A stretch of DNA of 63,779 nucleotides, taken from the NCBI GenBank assembly GCA_034780895.1, contig JAUZTB010000076.1, positions 48,739,475 through 48,803,253 on the forward strand. The letters run 5' to 3'. A program made the translations under genes and the position numbers. This DNA comes from Rhynchobatus australiae (Eukaryota). Positions 1-11,692 of this stretch are shown in pieces. How positions within the stretch are numbered: the stretch's first letter is position 1; every line of letters starts with the position of its first letter. Under the pieces are notes generated by a model that worked only from the letters and a program-made list of their open reading frames with translations, was not told the origin of the DNA and did not search any database.

Positions 1-99
1 CTCAGGTGTGTGTCATTATGCAAACAGTCCAGCATGGAATCCATGTGCTGTACAACAAGGCATCATCAAAGGAGCCAGACTGAGGGCCAGTACTCGGAA

Positions 100-515
100 C
101 CATGACACTGACTAATGAAGGCCAGCATCCCAAATGCCTTCATAACCATGATATCTACAGTCGCTGCTACCTTCAAGGACTCGTACACCAGGTCCTTCTA
201 TTCCTTGATACTTCCTGGGACCTTACCATTCATGGGATACATCCTAGCCTCATTAGTGCTCCCAAACTGCATTACCTCACATTTATCGGGATTAAACACC
301 ATCTGCCATTTCTCAACCCATTTCACCAACACATCGATATCACCCTGTAGCCTAAGACTACCCGCCACACTGTCACCAACTCCACAGATCTCTGTGTCAT
401 CTGCAAACTTACTGAGCATGCCTCCTATATCCCCATGCAAATCATTCATGTCTGTTACAAACAGCAAAGGTCTCAACACTGATCCTTGTAGAACACCACT
501 AGTCACGGACTTGTT
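100..515 (-). mobile_element. CR1-clade LINE, internal ORF2 reverse-transcriptase fragment (decayed)
   Basis: ORF 198..524(-) reads VTSGVLQGSVLRPLLF...NDL...LSKFADDTEICG...LQGDID...WVEKWQMVFNPDKCEVMQFG. This matches the GVPQGSVLGP, FADD and WQMxFNxxKC motifs of CR1 RT. Homology continues past the stop (KAFGMLAFI). Confidence 0.9.
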
Positions 516-524
516 ATTAAACAA

Positions 525-1430
525 ATAAAGACATGGATGTTATACCTAATAAGAAGATATGAGGACAACAGACCTTACATATATTTGGTGAAAGAGGCAG
601 GTTTTAAAACGTATGATCGAAGATGCAAGAGAGATAGGGAAGCAGCTAGGCTTAAGGAGAAAATTCAGTAGTGGTGTGGTTAAATTAGGAGTTGGGTAGG
701 TGGCTATGGGGGTGATTGGGGGGGTGGCTGGAGCAGATTTCAAAGGGAGAGATAGGGTTCAGAAATTGGAGTGATTTTAAGGTTAAAAATCAAAATGTTG
801 TTCAATTTGGAGCCAATGTAAGTCAACAAGAATGATGGGTGAACAGGACTTGCTGCAAGTTAGGACATTTCAGATGGTTTCATGATTATGGAAGGGAGAA
901 CAAGGGGAGAGAAGTCAGGAGTGCAATGGAAGGGTGAAACCTTCAGGTATGGATTTGGACCAGCATCAAGGTGAGTTGTGGGAGGGGCTGAATTGTGTGA
1001 TGTCAAGGAGTTGGAAATAAGCAGTTATAATACAGACACAAAATCCAAACATCACACCAAGGTTGTGAATAATCTGGCCTAGTTTTACACAGTTGATGGG
1101 GAGAGGGCTGGAGCTGATGAACATGGAATAGAATTTGTTACAGGGACACCAGATGCTAGGTTGATTCTTCCTGGGAATTGGCTGGAGGAAATTTCTGTTC
1201 ATCAGGTGCTGAATGTTGGACAAAATGCCTGATGACCTGGGGCTAGTAGAAGGATTGTGAGTCCACTTGGCAAGTCAATGGGTGTCCTTAGAAGACTTGT
1301 AGATGCTGACTGTCTTTTCAGTTGATATTATCAAGGTGAAGCAAGTAGATGATCAAGTTGGATGGTTGGAAGCAAGGATAGATCCTTGGAGATAACAATG
1401 TGGGCATAGAAAGAAAAGACATTACTAGTG
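525..1430 (-). mobile_element. L2-clade LINE, RT C-terminal half to 3' end (highly decayed)
   Basis: Minus strand shows PQGSIL-like ccaaggatctatcctt, SNIQHLMNRNFLQ, HNLGVMF..TAYFQL (ORF 966..1223) and FKTCLFHQ (ORF 546..743). These are collinear with typical L2 ORF2 motifs (WMSRNFLQLN, RNLGV.FD, TAYFHL, LKTYLFDQ). Confidence 0.8.
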
Positions 1431-1935
1431 GAAAGCATTTAAGTCATTTAACTGGAAAGAGTGCTGAAGAGATTTACAAGGATGTTTGCAGGACTCGAGG
1501 GACTGAGTTATGGGGGAGATTGGACAGGCTAGGACTTTTTTCCTAGGAGCATAAGAGATTGAGAGGTGAACTTATAGAGGTGTATGTAATCACGAGGGGC
1601 ATAGATCGGGTGAATATATTCAGTCTTTTTCCCCAAGGTTCGGGAATCAAGAACTAGAGGGCATGAGTTTAAGGTGAGAGGGGAGAGATTTAATAGGAAG
1701 TTGATGGGCAACTTTATTTTTACACACAGAGAGCAGTATGTAGGTGGAATGAGCTGCCAGAGGAAGTGTTTGAGGCAGGCATAATAACTTTTAAAAAATG
1801 GTTGGACAGGTACATGGATGGGAAAGGTTCAGAGGTTATGAGCCAAACACTGGTTAATGGGACTAGCTTGGATGGGCACCTTGGAGGGCATGGACCAGTT
1901 GGGCTGAAGGGTCTGTCTCTGTGCTGTATTACTCG
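1431..1935 (+). mobile_element. CR1-clade LINE (HER1-like), 5'-truncated 3' fragment inserted into the L2
   Basis: Reads LERVLKRFTRMFAGLEGLSYG, RLRGELIEVY, WNELPEEV and FKKWLDRYM, followed by a CR1-type 3'UTR ending gggctgaagggtctgtctctgtgctgtat. Confidence 0.9.
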
Positions 1936-2455
1936 AGTGATTCTTGGATTGGGACAGGATAGATTAGTGCTGACAGGCAAGTATGCCCCCTCTCCAAATT
2001 AATGACAGTGGAGGGGTGTTGAGAAGGACTGTGCGGTCAACTATGTCAAAGTCTGCAGGTAAACTAAGGCCACAGAGCAGTCCATTCTCCTTGTTACAAC
2101 TGCAAAGTATGCCATTGGTGACTTTGATTAGAGCTGCTTTGGAAATGACACAGAAGCAGAAATTCATCAAATTATTCAAAATTTTATAAGGTAGCAGGCT
2201 ACACCAAGGGGGATTTGGGGAGGCAAGTGGGGCTGGGTGGAAATGAGCCGATGGTTTGAAAGGATGGCGGAGTCAAGGGACCTTTGTACAAAGAGGTAGA
2301 TGGTGGCAGATTTTACAGAGAAGGGAGCAGTATCTAAAGATGGAGAACTGTTCACAATATCAAATAACATGGGGACTAGGATAGGAGGGTGGGCAGGACT
2401 GAGGAGGCAGAGGCCGAGTCTCATAGAAGAGATGAAAAAGCCATCTTCAATCCAT
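1936..2455 (-). mobile_element. L2-clade LINE, RT N-terminal part (same copy as 525-1430)
   Basis: ORF 2176..2496(-) DIVNSS...FSVKSATI...LDSAILSNHRLIS and ORF 1964..2179(-) AALIKVTNGIL...ADFDIVDRTVLL match L2 motifs NYRPIS, TALIKVTNDIL and AAFDTVDH. Confidence 0.8.
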
Positions 2456-2887
2456 GGAACATTAACAAATTCAAGACCGCCTGGTTTAGAGGGCAACCTT
2501 TTAAAATCTGGTGATTAGTTAAACCCTATTGAATCCCATCAGAAATAACTTAAAATGGAATTAAGATTTCTCCCCTCCGTCAGTTATCTGAGTCCAGCGC
2601 GAGTAGGCTATGCCACCCCGCCTCGTCACTTTGTCCGGGGCACAGGTTAGACACTGACAAACCAACAGCACAGATATAAAAAGATCTTGTAAAGATATAA
2701 AAGATCTTGGTCTCGTAAAGCTTTTCGTTCTTGCCCCTCTGATCTCAACTTAACGATGGCTTCAACCTTTTTCCCCCGGCTCATTCTTCTGTCAACCTCA
2801 CGCCCACATAGTCCTTCTCCTGCGTGTTTTTTTAAACTGGAGGCTCTGACTGGGAGGAACCGCCTTGCCTTCAATCTTCCACCGCGG

Positions 2888-3000
2888 CCAATGGAGGAAA
2901 AAATGTCTCTCTTAAAGATTATCAGCTGAGCCAATGCAGCGAGTCTGTGTGCTCCACGTGACTATATTTCCCTCCTGTCTTTCACATGAGTATTATATAG
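2888..3000 (+). promoter_or_regulatory. Tandem CCAAT boxes, E-box (CCACGTGAC) and TATA-like AT runs
   Basis: gccaatg at 2888 and 2931 (43 bp apart), cacgtgac 2955-2962, ctatattt 2962 and tattatatag 2991. Motif matches only. Confidence 0.45.
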
Positions 3001-3734
3001 TTCAATTCAGTGCAGCAGATGAAGCAATACTGGAGCAATGGGATGTTCTGCACAGAAGTGTCTGACTGTAAATAGAAGTATGCTTCTTTGTATAATTAAT
3101 GGGACTTCCTGGCCCCCTTCCCTTCTCATCTAGTACTAAAACTGAAAGAGGCACTGTACAGCTTGACGAAGATTGATAAGAGTCAATACTGTCAACTGAA
3201 CTGTAAGTATTTCTTTTAATGCACTTCACTGCACACATCCACACACCGACTCAGCAAATGCCTGTTAAACGGTCACATAATCTTGTAAATAAATACATTG
3301 GAAGAGCGTTTGAAGTTTGTGGGGAAACAGCTCACATTCTGCAGCTTGACCTTAAATCATATTTTGTTTTGAGGTGGGGGGGGGGGGATTAAAAGTCGGC
3401 AGCCTGAGGGAGCTGTCGGCCGACTGCAGTAGAGGCAGCCCGCTGCATTATTCAAGGAGAGCTGGAGATGAAGTCTGGTGCCTGTGATAACACATCCGCC
3501 GTGTCCAATCAGTTGCATTGCGAGTAGTAAGTAGAACAAACTCAACTGACCCCACGGCGAGGGGCTGCAGTCCTGTCCAGCCAACTCCGAGTTCAGCTCG
3601 TACAACGAGTTGCTGAAAGGGCAGTGGCTTACCGGGACACAGCTGCAAAGCTTTGAAATCCAGACAAAGGCCAAGCAGGAGGGGATTTTTTTTTTATCAC
3701 TGTTGGTGTAAACCCAGTTTCTTATTGAATTGAG

Positions 3735-3801
3735 ATGTTACTTTTGTTTTTTCTCTTTCCAAAGATCCTGTCTGACTTGCTGAGTAGTTCATTTTCTGTT
3801 C
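3735..3801 (+). mobile_element. Short decayed fragment of the same element family as 11524-11692
   Basis: tctctttccaaagatcctgtctgacttgctgagtagttcattttctgtt resembles ctctccatagatgctgcctgacctgctgagtacctccagaaatttctgtt at about 11612-11660. Ends at a 10-N gap. Confidence 0.4.
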
Positions 3802-4009
3802 NNNNNNNNNNACGTACAGCACTGAGCAGTGGCCATTAAATCCTGAAACAGTCTGGACTTCATTGGGACAGGCTTAAATCCGTCTCCTATTCTCGGGAGA
3901 CTGCACAGATAAAATCGAGTACATACATTCATGTATCAAGGGGATATGAGTTTTTTTTAGACGTTTTTTTCCCTTTCTTTGTCTGCCATCATGTCATCTA
4001 TGACGACGA

Positions 4010-4082
4010 CTCCTCCTTCTCTCTCCCCTCCCCTCCTCCCTCCCTCTTTCTCTCCCTCCCTCTCTCTCTCTCCTTCCCCTTC
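4010..4082 (+). repeat. Pure polypyrimidine (CT-rich) tract, 73 nt
   Basis: Only C and T from 4010 to 4082. Confidence 0.92.
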
Positions 4083-5227
4083 ACCACCACCCACTGTGAG
4101 TCGAGACACCTGAAGGCTAGACATAATGATCAACAGAGCTCTCGCCTGTCTGGCCTCCAGCCAGCTTTTCCCTTACAATCAAGGAGCCTGCACGCAATGC
4201 AGGTCGAGTTTATTTGCTGCACCGAGAGATCGGCTACAGTGAGCTTCCATCTGCTGCAAACAGTAAATGGGAGGATTTTTCAAAATGTTACACGTCCCAT
4301 CGTTTTTGAGCTGTCTGCATTAATAGCAAGAGAAACCCAGCCTCTCGATGCAACTACTGCAGTAAACTTTGTACAGAGTTTGACCAGACCAGATGGCCGC
4401 GTGCCCTTTTATTATTTAGATGAGACTCTTCCTTTCAATAACATCATTCTTCCTGCTCATAAGGCCCAGCTTAAAGTTTCCAGCGAATGGAATCAGCTGA
4501 GTATTTTCAATACTAATTGACCATATGCAGAGGAAGGGCCCGTGTGCGCAGTCACTGGGACCTTTGTAAGACTAAGGGGGATCAATCTGCTCTTTGTCTG
4601 CCTTTGCGATGGGGAGAGGAGAATTTGTACATATTTTTTTTGCAGCACTTGCTTTGGCGCTGCCTCATTTCTGACAACTCATTTACAGTACACTGAACGC
4701 TCTGGGGCCGCCGCTGCTGCTCTTGAACTTAATTGATCCATTGCGGACATCTCTCGTTTCAGTGTAGCTGCAACTAAAATATTCTGTAATAAGTGCTGCT
4801 GACTTTCAAACTTTCACTTTTTAAAAAAAAATTTTGGAGGGGCTGCGGGTTGGGAAGCTGATTTCTCACCCTGGTCATTGAATGCAGAGTAGGATTCCAT
4901 TTGTGCCAGCTCCCAAGCATTCGTCAAACACGGGAAGAACTTTTAAACTATTTACAATTTTTTTTAAAAAAAAAGAAAAAAAGCTGTCTGGCGAAGCTGG
5001 AGGTTGACGCTGCTCTAACAATAGACCTTTAGAATTACCGATCCCTTGAGAACTTTGTAAGCATTCCACATCTTCCAGACAAAATATTACTGCACTGGCC
5101 AACGCCACTGGCTCTGGAAGCAAATAGCTTCGTACCGGGAGAAAGATATTTTCCATTTGAATTCACGCCATTGCTACAAGGACAGTTTGGTCTTCAAACG
5201 CTTATGGGCTCCTTACGATTTCAAGAA

Positions 5228-5777
5228 NNNNNNNNNNNNNNNNNNNNNNNNNNNNNNNNNNNNNNNNNNNNNNNNNNNNNNNNNNNNNNNNNNNNNNNNN
5301 NNNNNNNNNNNNNNNNNNNNNNNNNNNNNNNNNNNNNNNNNNNNNNNNNNNNNNNNNNNNNNNNNNNNNNNNNNNNNNNNNNNNNNNNNNNNNNNNNNNN
5401 NNNNNNNNNNNNNNNNNNNNNNNNNNNNNNNNNNNNNNNNNNNNNNNNNNNNNNNNNNNNNNNNNNNNNNNNNNNNNNNNNNNNNNNNNNNNNNNNNNNN
5501 NNNNNNNNNNNNNNNNNNNNNNNNNNNNNNNNNNNNNNNNNNNNNNNNNNNNNNNNNNNNNNNNNNNNNNNNNNNNNNNNNNNNNNNNNNNNNNNNNNNN
5601 NNNNNNNNNNNNNNNNNNNNNNNNNNNNNNNNNNNNNNNNNNNNNNNNNNNNNNNNNNNNNNNNNNNNNNNNNNNNNNNNNNNNNNNNNNNNNNNNNNNN
5701 NNNNNNNNNNNNNNNNNNNNNNNNNNNNNNNNNNNNNNNNNNNNNNNNNNNNNNNNNNNNNNNNNNNNNNNNNNNNN
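5228..5777. other. Assembly gap (550 N) inside the promoter-like region
   Basis: Run of N. Other gaps: 3802-3811, 22309-22408, 48737-49089, 60376-60475. Confidence 0.99.
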
Positions 5778-7495
5778 GGAGGTGGACAATTACACTGCTG
5801 GTGATCTTGAGTGTATTCTGTGGATTACCGCGGCTGGGAAAGAAGAAAGGCGGGTGTCGCATGATGAATCCGCAGGGGCTGTCTGGACCTTTCATACAGT
5901 GCAAAGTGTGTGCAGTCAGAGCCCTCGTCCGGGCCAGCCTGTGACCCTCTCCGTGGTCTCTCCCCGCGCCCAGGGTGCAGCCAGCCACTTGCCTTCTTGC
6001 AGGGCTGCGCTGGGTGCGGGGGCTCTGACTGCTGGCCAGCGGGCTACACATGGGGAGCCTTGTATCCATACAAGCCGCAGCATGCTGCCCGACTGGGTGA
6101 TGCCGCTCCGTCTGCGGTGCCAATGTCATTTCTACAATTCACTTCAACCCTTTCGGATACACTGAAAGTCCCGACGCGCCTCTAATGCAATCTCAACCAG
6201 CCTTTACCTTATCAACTGAAGAAAATTGCACTGTTCTCAATACTTCTGCTTTGTGAATATTTAAAAGAGCGCGTTTAAACCCTTTTTACAAAGGGAAAGA
6301 AACCGAGACAGCCCTCGGAGGGTTAAAGGTACCGGGTCACGTCCACAGGGAGGGAGAGGTGACACTTGACTCAGAAGAGCACTTAGGCTGTTACCATGAC
6401 GAATGTTAAATTGAACGTGGCGTTGGAAGTGAGTGTTGTCCTGTCCCACCAATTGATGTGGCACGTTGCATTGTTTTACAACTCCGAGACTGGCTACCGG
6501 TTTCTGTAAACGACCGCACGTCTGGGGATTTTTAGATAACGTACTCCTCGGTGTAGTAAGATGAAGAGTGCACGTTCCGCGCTACTGGGTGCATCTCTCA
6601 TTCTGTAGAGCACCTTCCCAACTGTCTGTATTGCCCCCACCCTTCCCCCATTTCCCTACCATTCTAGAGTTGGGAAATCTGAAAATGAGGTTGCACAGCA
6701 TGGAATATCTTTCGCATAAGACTTGGACAGCTTTTGGTTGGATATTCCTTGCATTGTTTCCTATTTCTCCACCCCTTCCTTCCCTTCCAAACCATTTCTC
6801 TAATGTCATTAACGCCGTTTACGTGCATGGTTGTAGGCGATGCATTTTTCTTAAAAATGATGGATTTCATTATCAGCAACTCTCCTGGTGCGTTTCTTCA
6901 CAAGAAATATCCCCCCCCCCGCACCCCCGTAATCCATTTTGCCACTGTTTCTGAAAGACAAAGCGAAACCTCGTGACAATCAATAATTGAGCAGCAAGCA
7001 ATTGAATTCTGCGAAGACATGCATTTAAAATCAAAAGCCTAGACATGCTGTGAGCCTAACTGTCTGGTTGGATTGCAGCAGACATACAGAACCAGTCTAC
7101 AGAGCTTTGCTGAAAAGCCGCATTGCTCCATCTGAACCAAGCATTAAAACATTATTCCATCCACTGAATTAATCCATTCCCCTTTCAGTAAAAGCTGGAT
7201 GTCATTACCGCTGCTGAATCTGGAAACGCAAGGAAAATGGGCAGTTACACAAAAATCAGCGAGAGATTCTCCTACCTAATCAGAGTGCTGCACTTGAGCA
7301 CAATCATTTTCCCGTTTGACAGTGAACTATTGAAAGCACATTTTTATGATTCCCCCCCCCCCCCCGCACACTTTTGAGAAATTTAGCTGGGTGAGTTTAA
7401 TTTTTTTGAACAAGCGGGAAAGAATTTCAGCAGCAAGTCAAAATAACACATTCCTGATTTTTGTTTTTTTTTCCAAAGCTCTCCTGATGACATAA

Positions 7496-7641
7496 GTCTT
7501 TTCCACAGTCACTTTTTTTAACTGGGTGCATGGAGCAGTCTGAGAGCTATGTTCTTCCACAAGGAGCAGTGAACTGGTTAAATAATATAAATTCAGAGTA
7601 GATTCTGATGCAGATTGAATAGATCAGTTACAAGAAGAAAA
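7496..7641 (+). repeat. Diverged direct repeat, copy A (pairs with 8770-8943)
   Basis: Shared collinear blocks: gtctttYccacagYcac, tgcaKggagcaRtctga, gagctRtgtYctYccacaaRga, aaataatataaatt, ttctgMtgca, tgaatRgatcagttacaagaa. Confidence 0.85.
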
Positions 7642-8769
7642 TTAGTTTGGATTTAATTTGGCAGTGCAAGTGCCCTGTAGCTTAATTTAATGTTTTCTTT
7701 CACCCAATGTTAAGTTTCCCTTTGCTGTTTTATGTTGGTGGAAGTACTAGGTAATGAATAGCTTGGTTGTGACTGAGGGGCATCCTGCAAAGCTCAGGCC
7801 ATTTTATTTGCTGTGCATTAGTTCCACTCTTGGTCACATCGTCTTTTCACCAGCCTCACAGACTGAGTATTCAGTTTCTTATTTGTGGATCATAATTTAT
7901 ATTTTGAGGTTGTGCATTACAAGAACCAACTTTTAAGCACCCTGGAGCTTTTTGTTTTGGCCAGAAACAATCTTTTGACTTTCAAAATTCAGTACTGAAC
8001 ACAGCAGTCAAAAGCATGTTAGTTCAAGGCAGGAAGTGAAAGGCAGTAGAATTGCGGGTTTTGTTTTTGAAGAGTGAACCCAGTTTAACTGAAGAACATG
8101 GTCTTCAATGGAGCTCTCAAAGCTAAATCATTGATACCTGGGATATAGATTCAAGATTGTAGATCCTTCCTGTTTGAGCTCTTTGTCTTTTGAACGTGTC
8201 AAATTATGCCCTGTGCACTTAGAGGACCAAGTGATTATTCATCATGGCGCTTGGATGTGGGGTTATTTAGAAAGGATGAAATGCAGTCAACCCCCTTCCT
8301 CTTCATGCACTGCTCACACTAGCATCTGTAAGATTGCAAGATAGTAACAGAGCAGAGATTCAAACCATTCCTCCTTTCAGTACATTGGGACAATTGCTCA
8401 TTTCACCATTTCGGCTGCAATCAAAGCCTACATTCTCTTGGAAATATTGGTTCCACATACCTTCACTGAACTGTTTCAAACAATAATAAATATTGTTGCA
8501 ATTTCACATTTTCTCAAAGGGATACAATTTCTGAAATCCATTTACTTTGGGGGGGGGGAAGTAGAAAAATAATTGATACCAAAAATTTGAATGAACAGGA
8601 ATTAATTCTCCAGGGAGACAGACTTCAATGGGCTAAAGCTCAATTGATCTACAGTGAGAAAGGGCAGTGACTGGGAACGTGTGGCAATAGGAATGAGGAC
8701 ATGTCCTTTTAACTCCAACCAAATCACCTCAACTTTCACATCCAGCACGTGCACAGAAATGTTTGCCTT

Positions 8770-8943
8770 GTCTTTCCCACAGCCACCTTCTGCTGTACTG
8801 TTTAGCTGTGTGCAGGGAGCAATCTGAAATATTGAGCTGTGTCCTCCCACAAAGAATAGAATAACGTTTGTAACCTGGGCAAATAATATAAATTTACAGC
8901 AGCTTCTGCTGCAAACTGAATGGATCAGTTACAAGAAAAAAAA
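8770..8943 (+). repeat. Diverged direct repeat, copy B (pairs with 7496-7641)
   Basis: Same blocks in the same order, with small insertions relative to copy A. Confidence 0.85.
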
Positions 8944-11523
8944 TCCAAAAATGGACAATCAGATCTTCTCTGCACACTTTTTGGCTCCAGAATTTTATAA
9001 TCAATATATATTATTTAACATGACAAAATGTGGTAGTCAAGCTGACCTTTGTACAGTTTTTTTTATCAAAAACAGGAAATGGTTGACTGGAAGTGGGAAG
9101 ATTAAATAAAACTCTGCCATCTAACCATATTTCACGATTAAGAAACCATAATTTCAAACTCTACAGTATTAGAAATTCTGTTTCATCCACCTCATTTCAC
9201 AGGTTTCCTTTAATGCTGAGCAGTGTCTTTTTGTTTAACACATTGAGATGAAATATTGGTTGTGTGGATCTTGTAGCTCATAACAGGCCAACCTACTCAT
9301 ACTTTAAGATGGGGGAAGAATTTTGACTATCACCAGTTTTCATTCTGAAAACACCAACTAAAGAATATTTTTGATGTTTGAGTTTGTATCGCTAGAAGGC
9401 AACTTTAAAAAAATCTTGTCTAAGTTGATAAATTTTGTTAATTAAGAACGATATGTTAAGAAACCAATATTATGAAGATATTCTAAAGAAAACTGGTTAA
9501 ATTACATGTTGGATTCAAATGCTCTTCTCCTAAACATTGATGTAAGAATAAAATGTTGAATGTCACTGGGGATCAGGCTGGATCATAGCATTGATCTTGG
9601 CTACTTCAAAATCTTTCTGCAATCTGTCAAGCATCCTAAACCACCGTAATGAAGTAGTTAACAATTTTTTTTAAACTAAGCCTTTGTTATTGGAACCCAA
9701 GATAATGTTTAATTTTTCAAACTGTGTGCTTCAAATTTTCCTTTGTAGACTATGCTTAATACATCCCTTAATTTTGTCTGAAATGAAATGCTGACCAAGT
9801 TTTAGCCAACGGTTTTCTGGTCCCTGTGGACAAAAATGCACTGCCATCTTGCACTGCTGCAGAGGAACCCAGGTTAATGGGTTACAGACAAATGTAGAAT
9901 TGATCCCTTTGTAAGTCAGTCAGTGGATAATACCATGTCCTCCCTTCCTTCTTCCTACAATATTCTTTATTGCAACTTCTTACTGGTGTGAATTACAAGT
10001 CAAGTTCTTGCCTTTCCTGGCTACTGGGCAATAACTGATATCACCAATCTTGCAAACGTTAAATTTTATTTTCACCAAAATAACAGACTAAGGGAGATTT
10101 AAGCAAGAAATGAGGAGGGTGAAACAGCACCATCATCCCAGCACTGCATAAGTATTGATTTCTGTCTGTCGAGGCTTGCTCTATTTATTGTGCAAGGAAA
10201 TGACAGGGTCAGTTGGATTTAGCTACAATGCCAAGTGCAAGGTCATTACAAAGATTTTTAAGATAAATTTATGCAACGAATACTTGTTCATGTTTTGGAA
10301 TGGCGATATTTTCCTTGTATGACCTGATTGGAATGGGATTTTGTCCTTTCATATATTTCATGTTTTCTTTTTCTTTTGTGCAAGTGTTATTTTCAATTAT
10401 GCAAATCATTATTTAAGCCAGAGGCAATTGACTGAGTGTTTCGCCAGAGCTTTTGTTTGTTTGTAAAGATACTGAATAAACAGAGGTTGGAGAATATAAC
10501 TGCAGCAACCTTGAGTACATTGTTTTAAAAAAAAACTCCTCTACCTAGGAGTTTAAAGTAAAATCAGCTGTAACAGTACAAAGCTACTTTTGACTGGCTT
10601 GAAAAGGTTGCTGAGATGAAAAATAAAAGGCAGCTGTCAATAATGCCTGAAACAGCCTATGCTTTCTCTGCATAACAGCTTGTGGCTGAAAGGTTAGATT
10701 TTACACAACAGTGAGAAGAGTAACATTTAGGAATTCTGACTTTTCAGCACTTTGCTTTCCTCTTTCACATACTGTTTGCAGTTCTGTGAAAACACATGTT
10801 CATTCTTAATCCTTAAAGTACAGAAAGTCCTTAGCAGGTTTCGGACTAGCCACATGTTTCCTATCATACAGCATCTGCAAAACTTGACTCTGCACCTTTC
10901 TGTTGAACCAGAAGAATGTAGGGATCCAGAGGAAATCTTTCAATCTTGGTTTTCTCTGTTAGATCTAGACAATCTTCCTTTTTTGAAAAATCCCCATGTA
11001 GTCATCAAAAGATTACGGAAAAAAAAAACAGTTACAGTATAATAACTTCTTTCTTTCTCAGCCAGATCACTCATGAAGCAGAACATCATGGATTTGTATA
11101 CTAAAAAAAGTTCCAATGTGAGACCTTTGACCAGAGAAAATGTGATAATTTTTTTGTGATTAAACTGCAGTGTTTTATTTTAAATTTGCATTCTGCCAAT
11201 TTATTCAGATAAAGTATTTCCCTACTAATCGTGTTCCCCATACATCCTGTCAAAATGAACCCAATTAATTTGAGAATGGACAAAATAAATGACACCCTAT
11301 TGAAATGATTATTAGTGGCATACTGTTAATTAGCAAATTGAAACTTGCATTGGCTAATGTTAACCCAGATATGGGGAAGAAAGTTTGCTGAATTTATCAA
11401 CCCTCAATAGTTTTTGTCCTGATGGTGTGTGACTCACAGATCTCTTTTGCTCTCAATGCCTTGACAAAATGTGTTTCTATTATTCTACTTAGTATATATT
11501 TGGTATTTGATTCCGAAATGAAA

Positions 11524-11692
11524 AGGCAGCATCAGCTTGGAGAGAAACAGTTAACGTTTCAGGTCGAGGATCCTTCATCCCTGAGGCCCAAAACATCAAC
11601 TATATTTCTCCCTCTCCATAGATGCTGCCTGACCTGCTGAGTACCTCCAGAAATTTCTGTTTTTAATTAAGGTTTTCAGCAGCTGCAGTTTT
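11524..11692. mobile_element. Short inverted-repeat element, probably Penelope-like-element derived, with degenerate hammerhead ribozyme cores
   Basis: Arms aggcagcatc...ggagagaaacagttaacgtttc and aaaacatcaactat...tctccatagatgctgcct are inverted copies. Minus strand 11553-11579 reads GATGA-AGG-atcctcga-CCT-GAAAC-GTT. Family assignment is from recall. Confidence 0.65.

Larger units (their letters stand above)
2570..6620. promoter_or_regulatory. CpG-enriched promoter / first-exon region of an unidentified gene
   Basis: CpG and GC content are visibly higher than in the rest of the window, and interspersed repeats are nearly absent. Contains a GC box (2616-2622), CCAAT boxes (2888, 2931, 3505) and CACGTG (2955). 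Donor-like motifs occur on + (3203, 3527, 4096) and - (3632, 4869). Orientation is unresolved. Confidence 0.6.

Noticed and set aside
2931-2960. ERSE (CCAAT-N9-CCACG)
   Set aside because: The spacer is 18 nt, not 9.
5157-6129. Long ORFs (195-302 aa) in the ORF track
   Set aside because: They are mostly X from the 550-N gap. The same applies to the ORFs at 22191-22442, 48602-49184 and 60181-60597.
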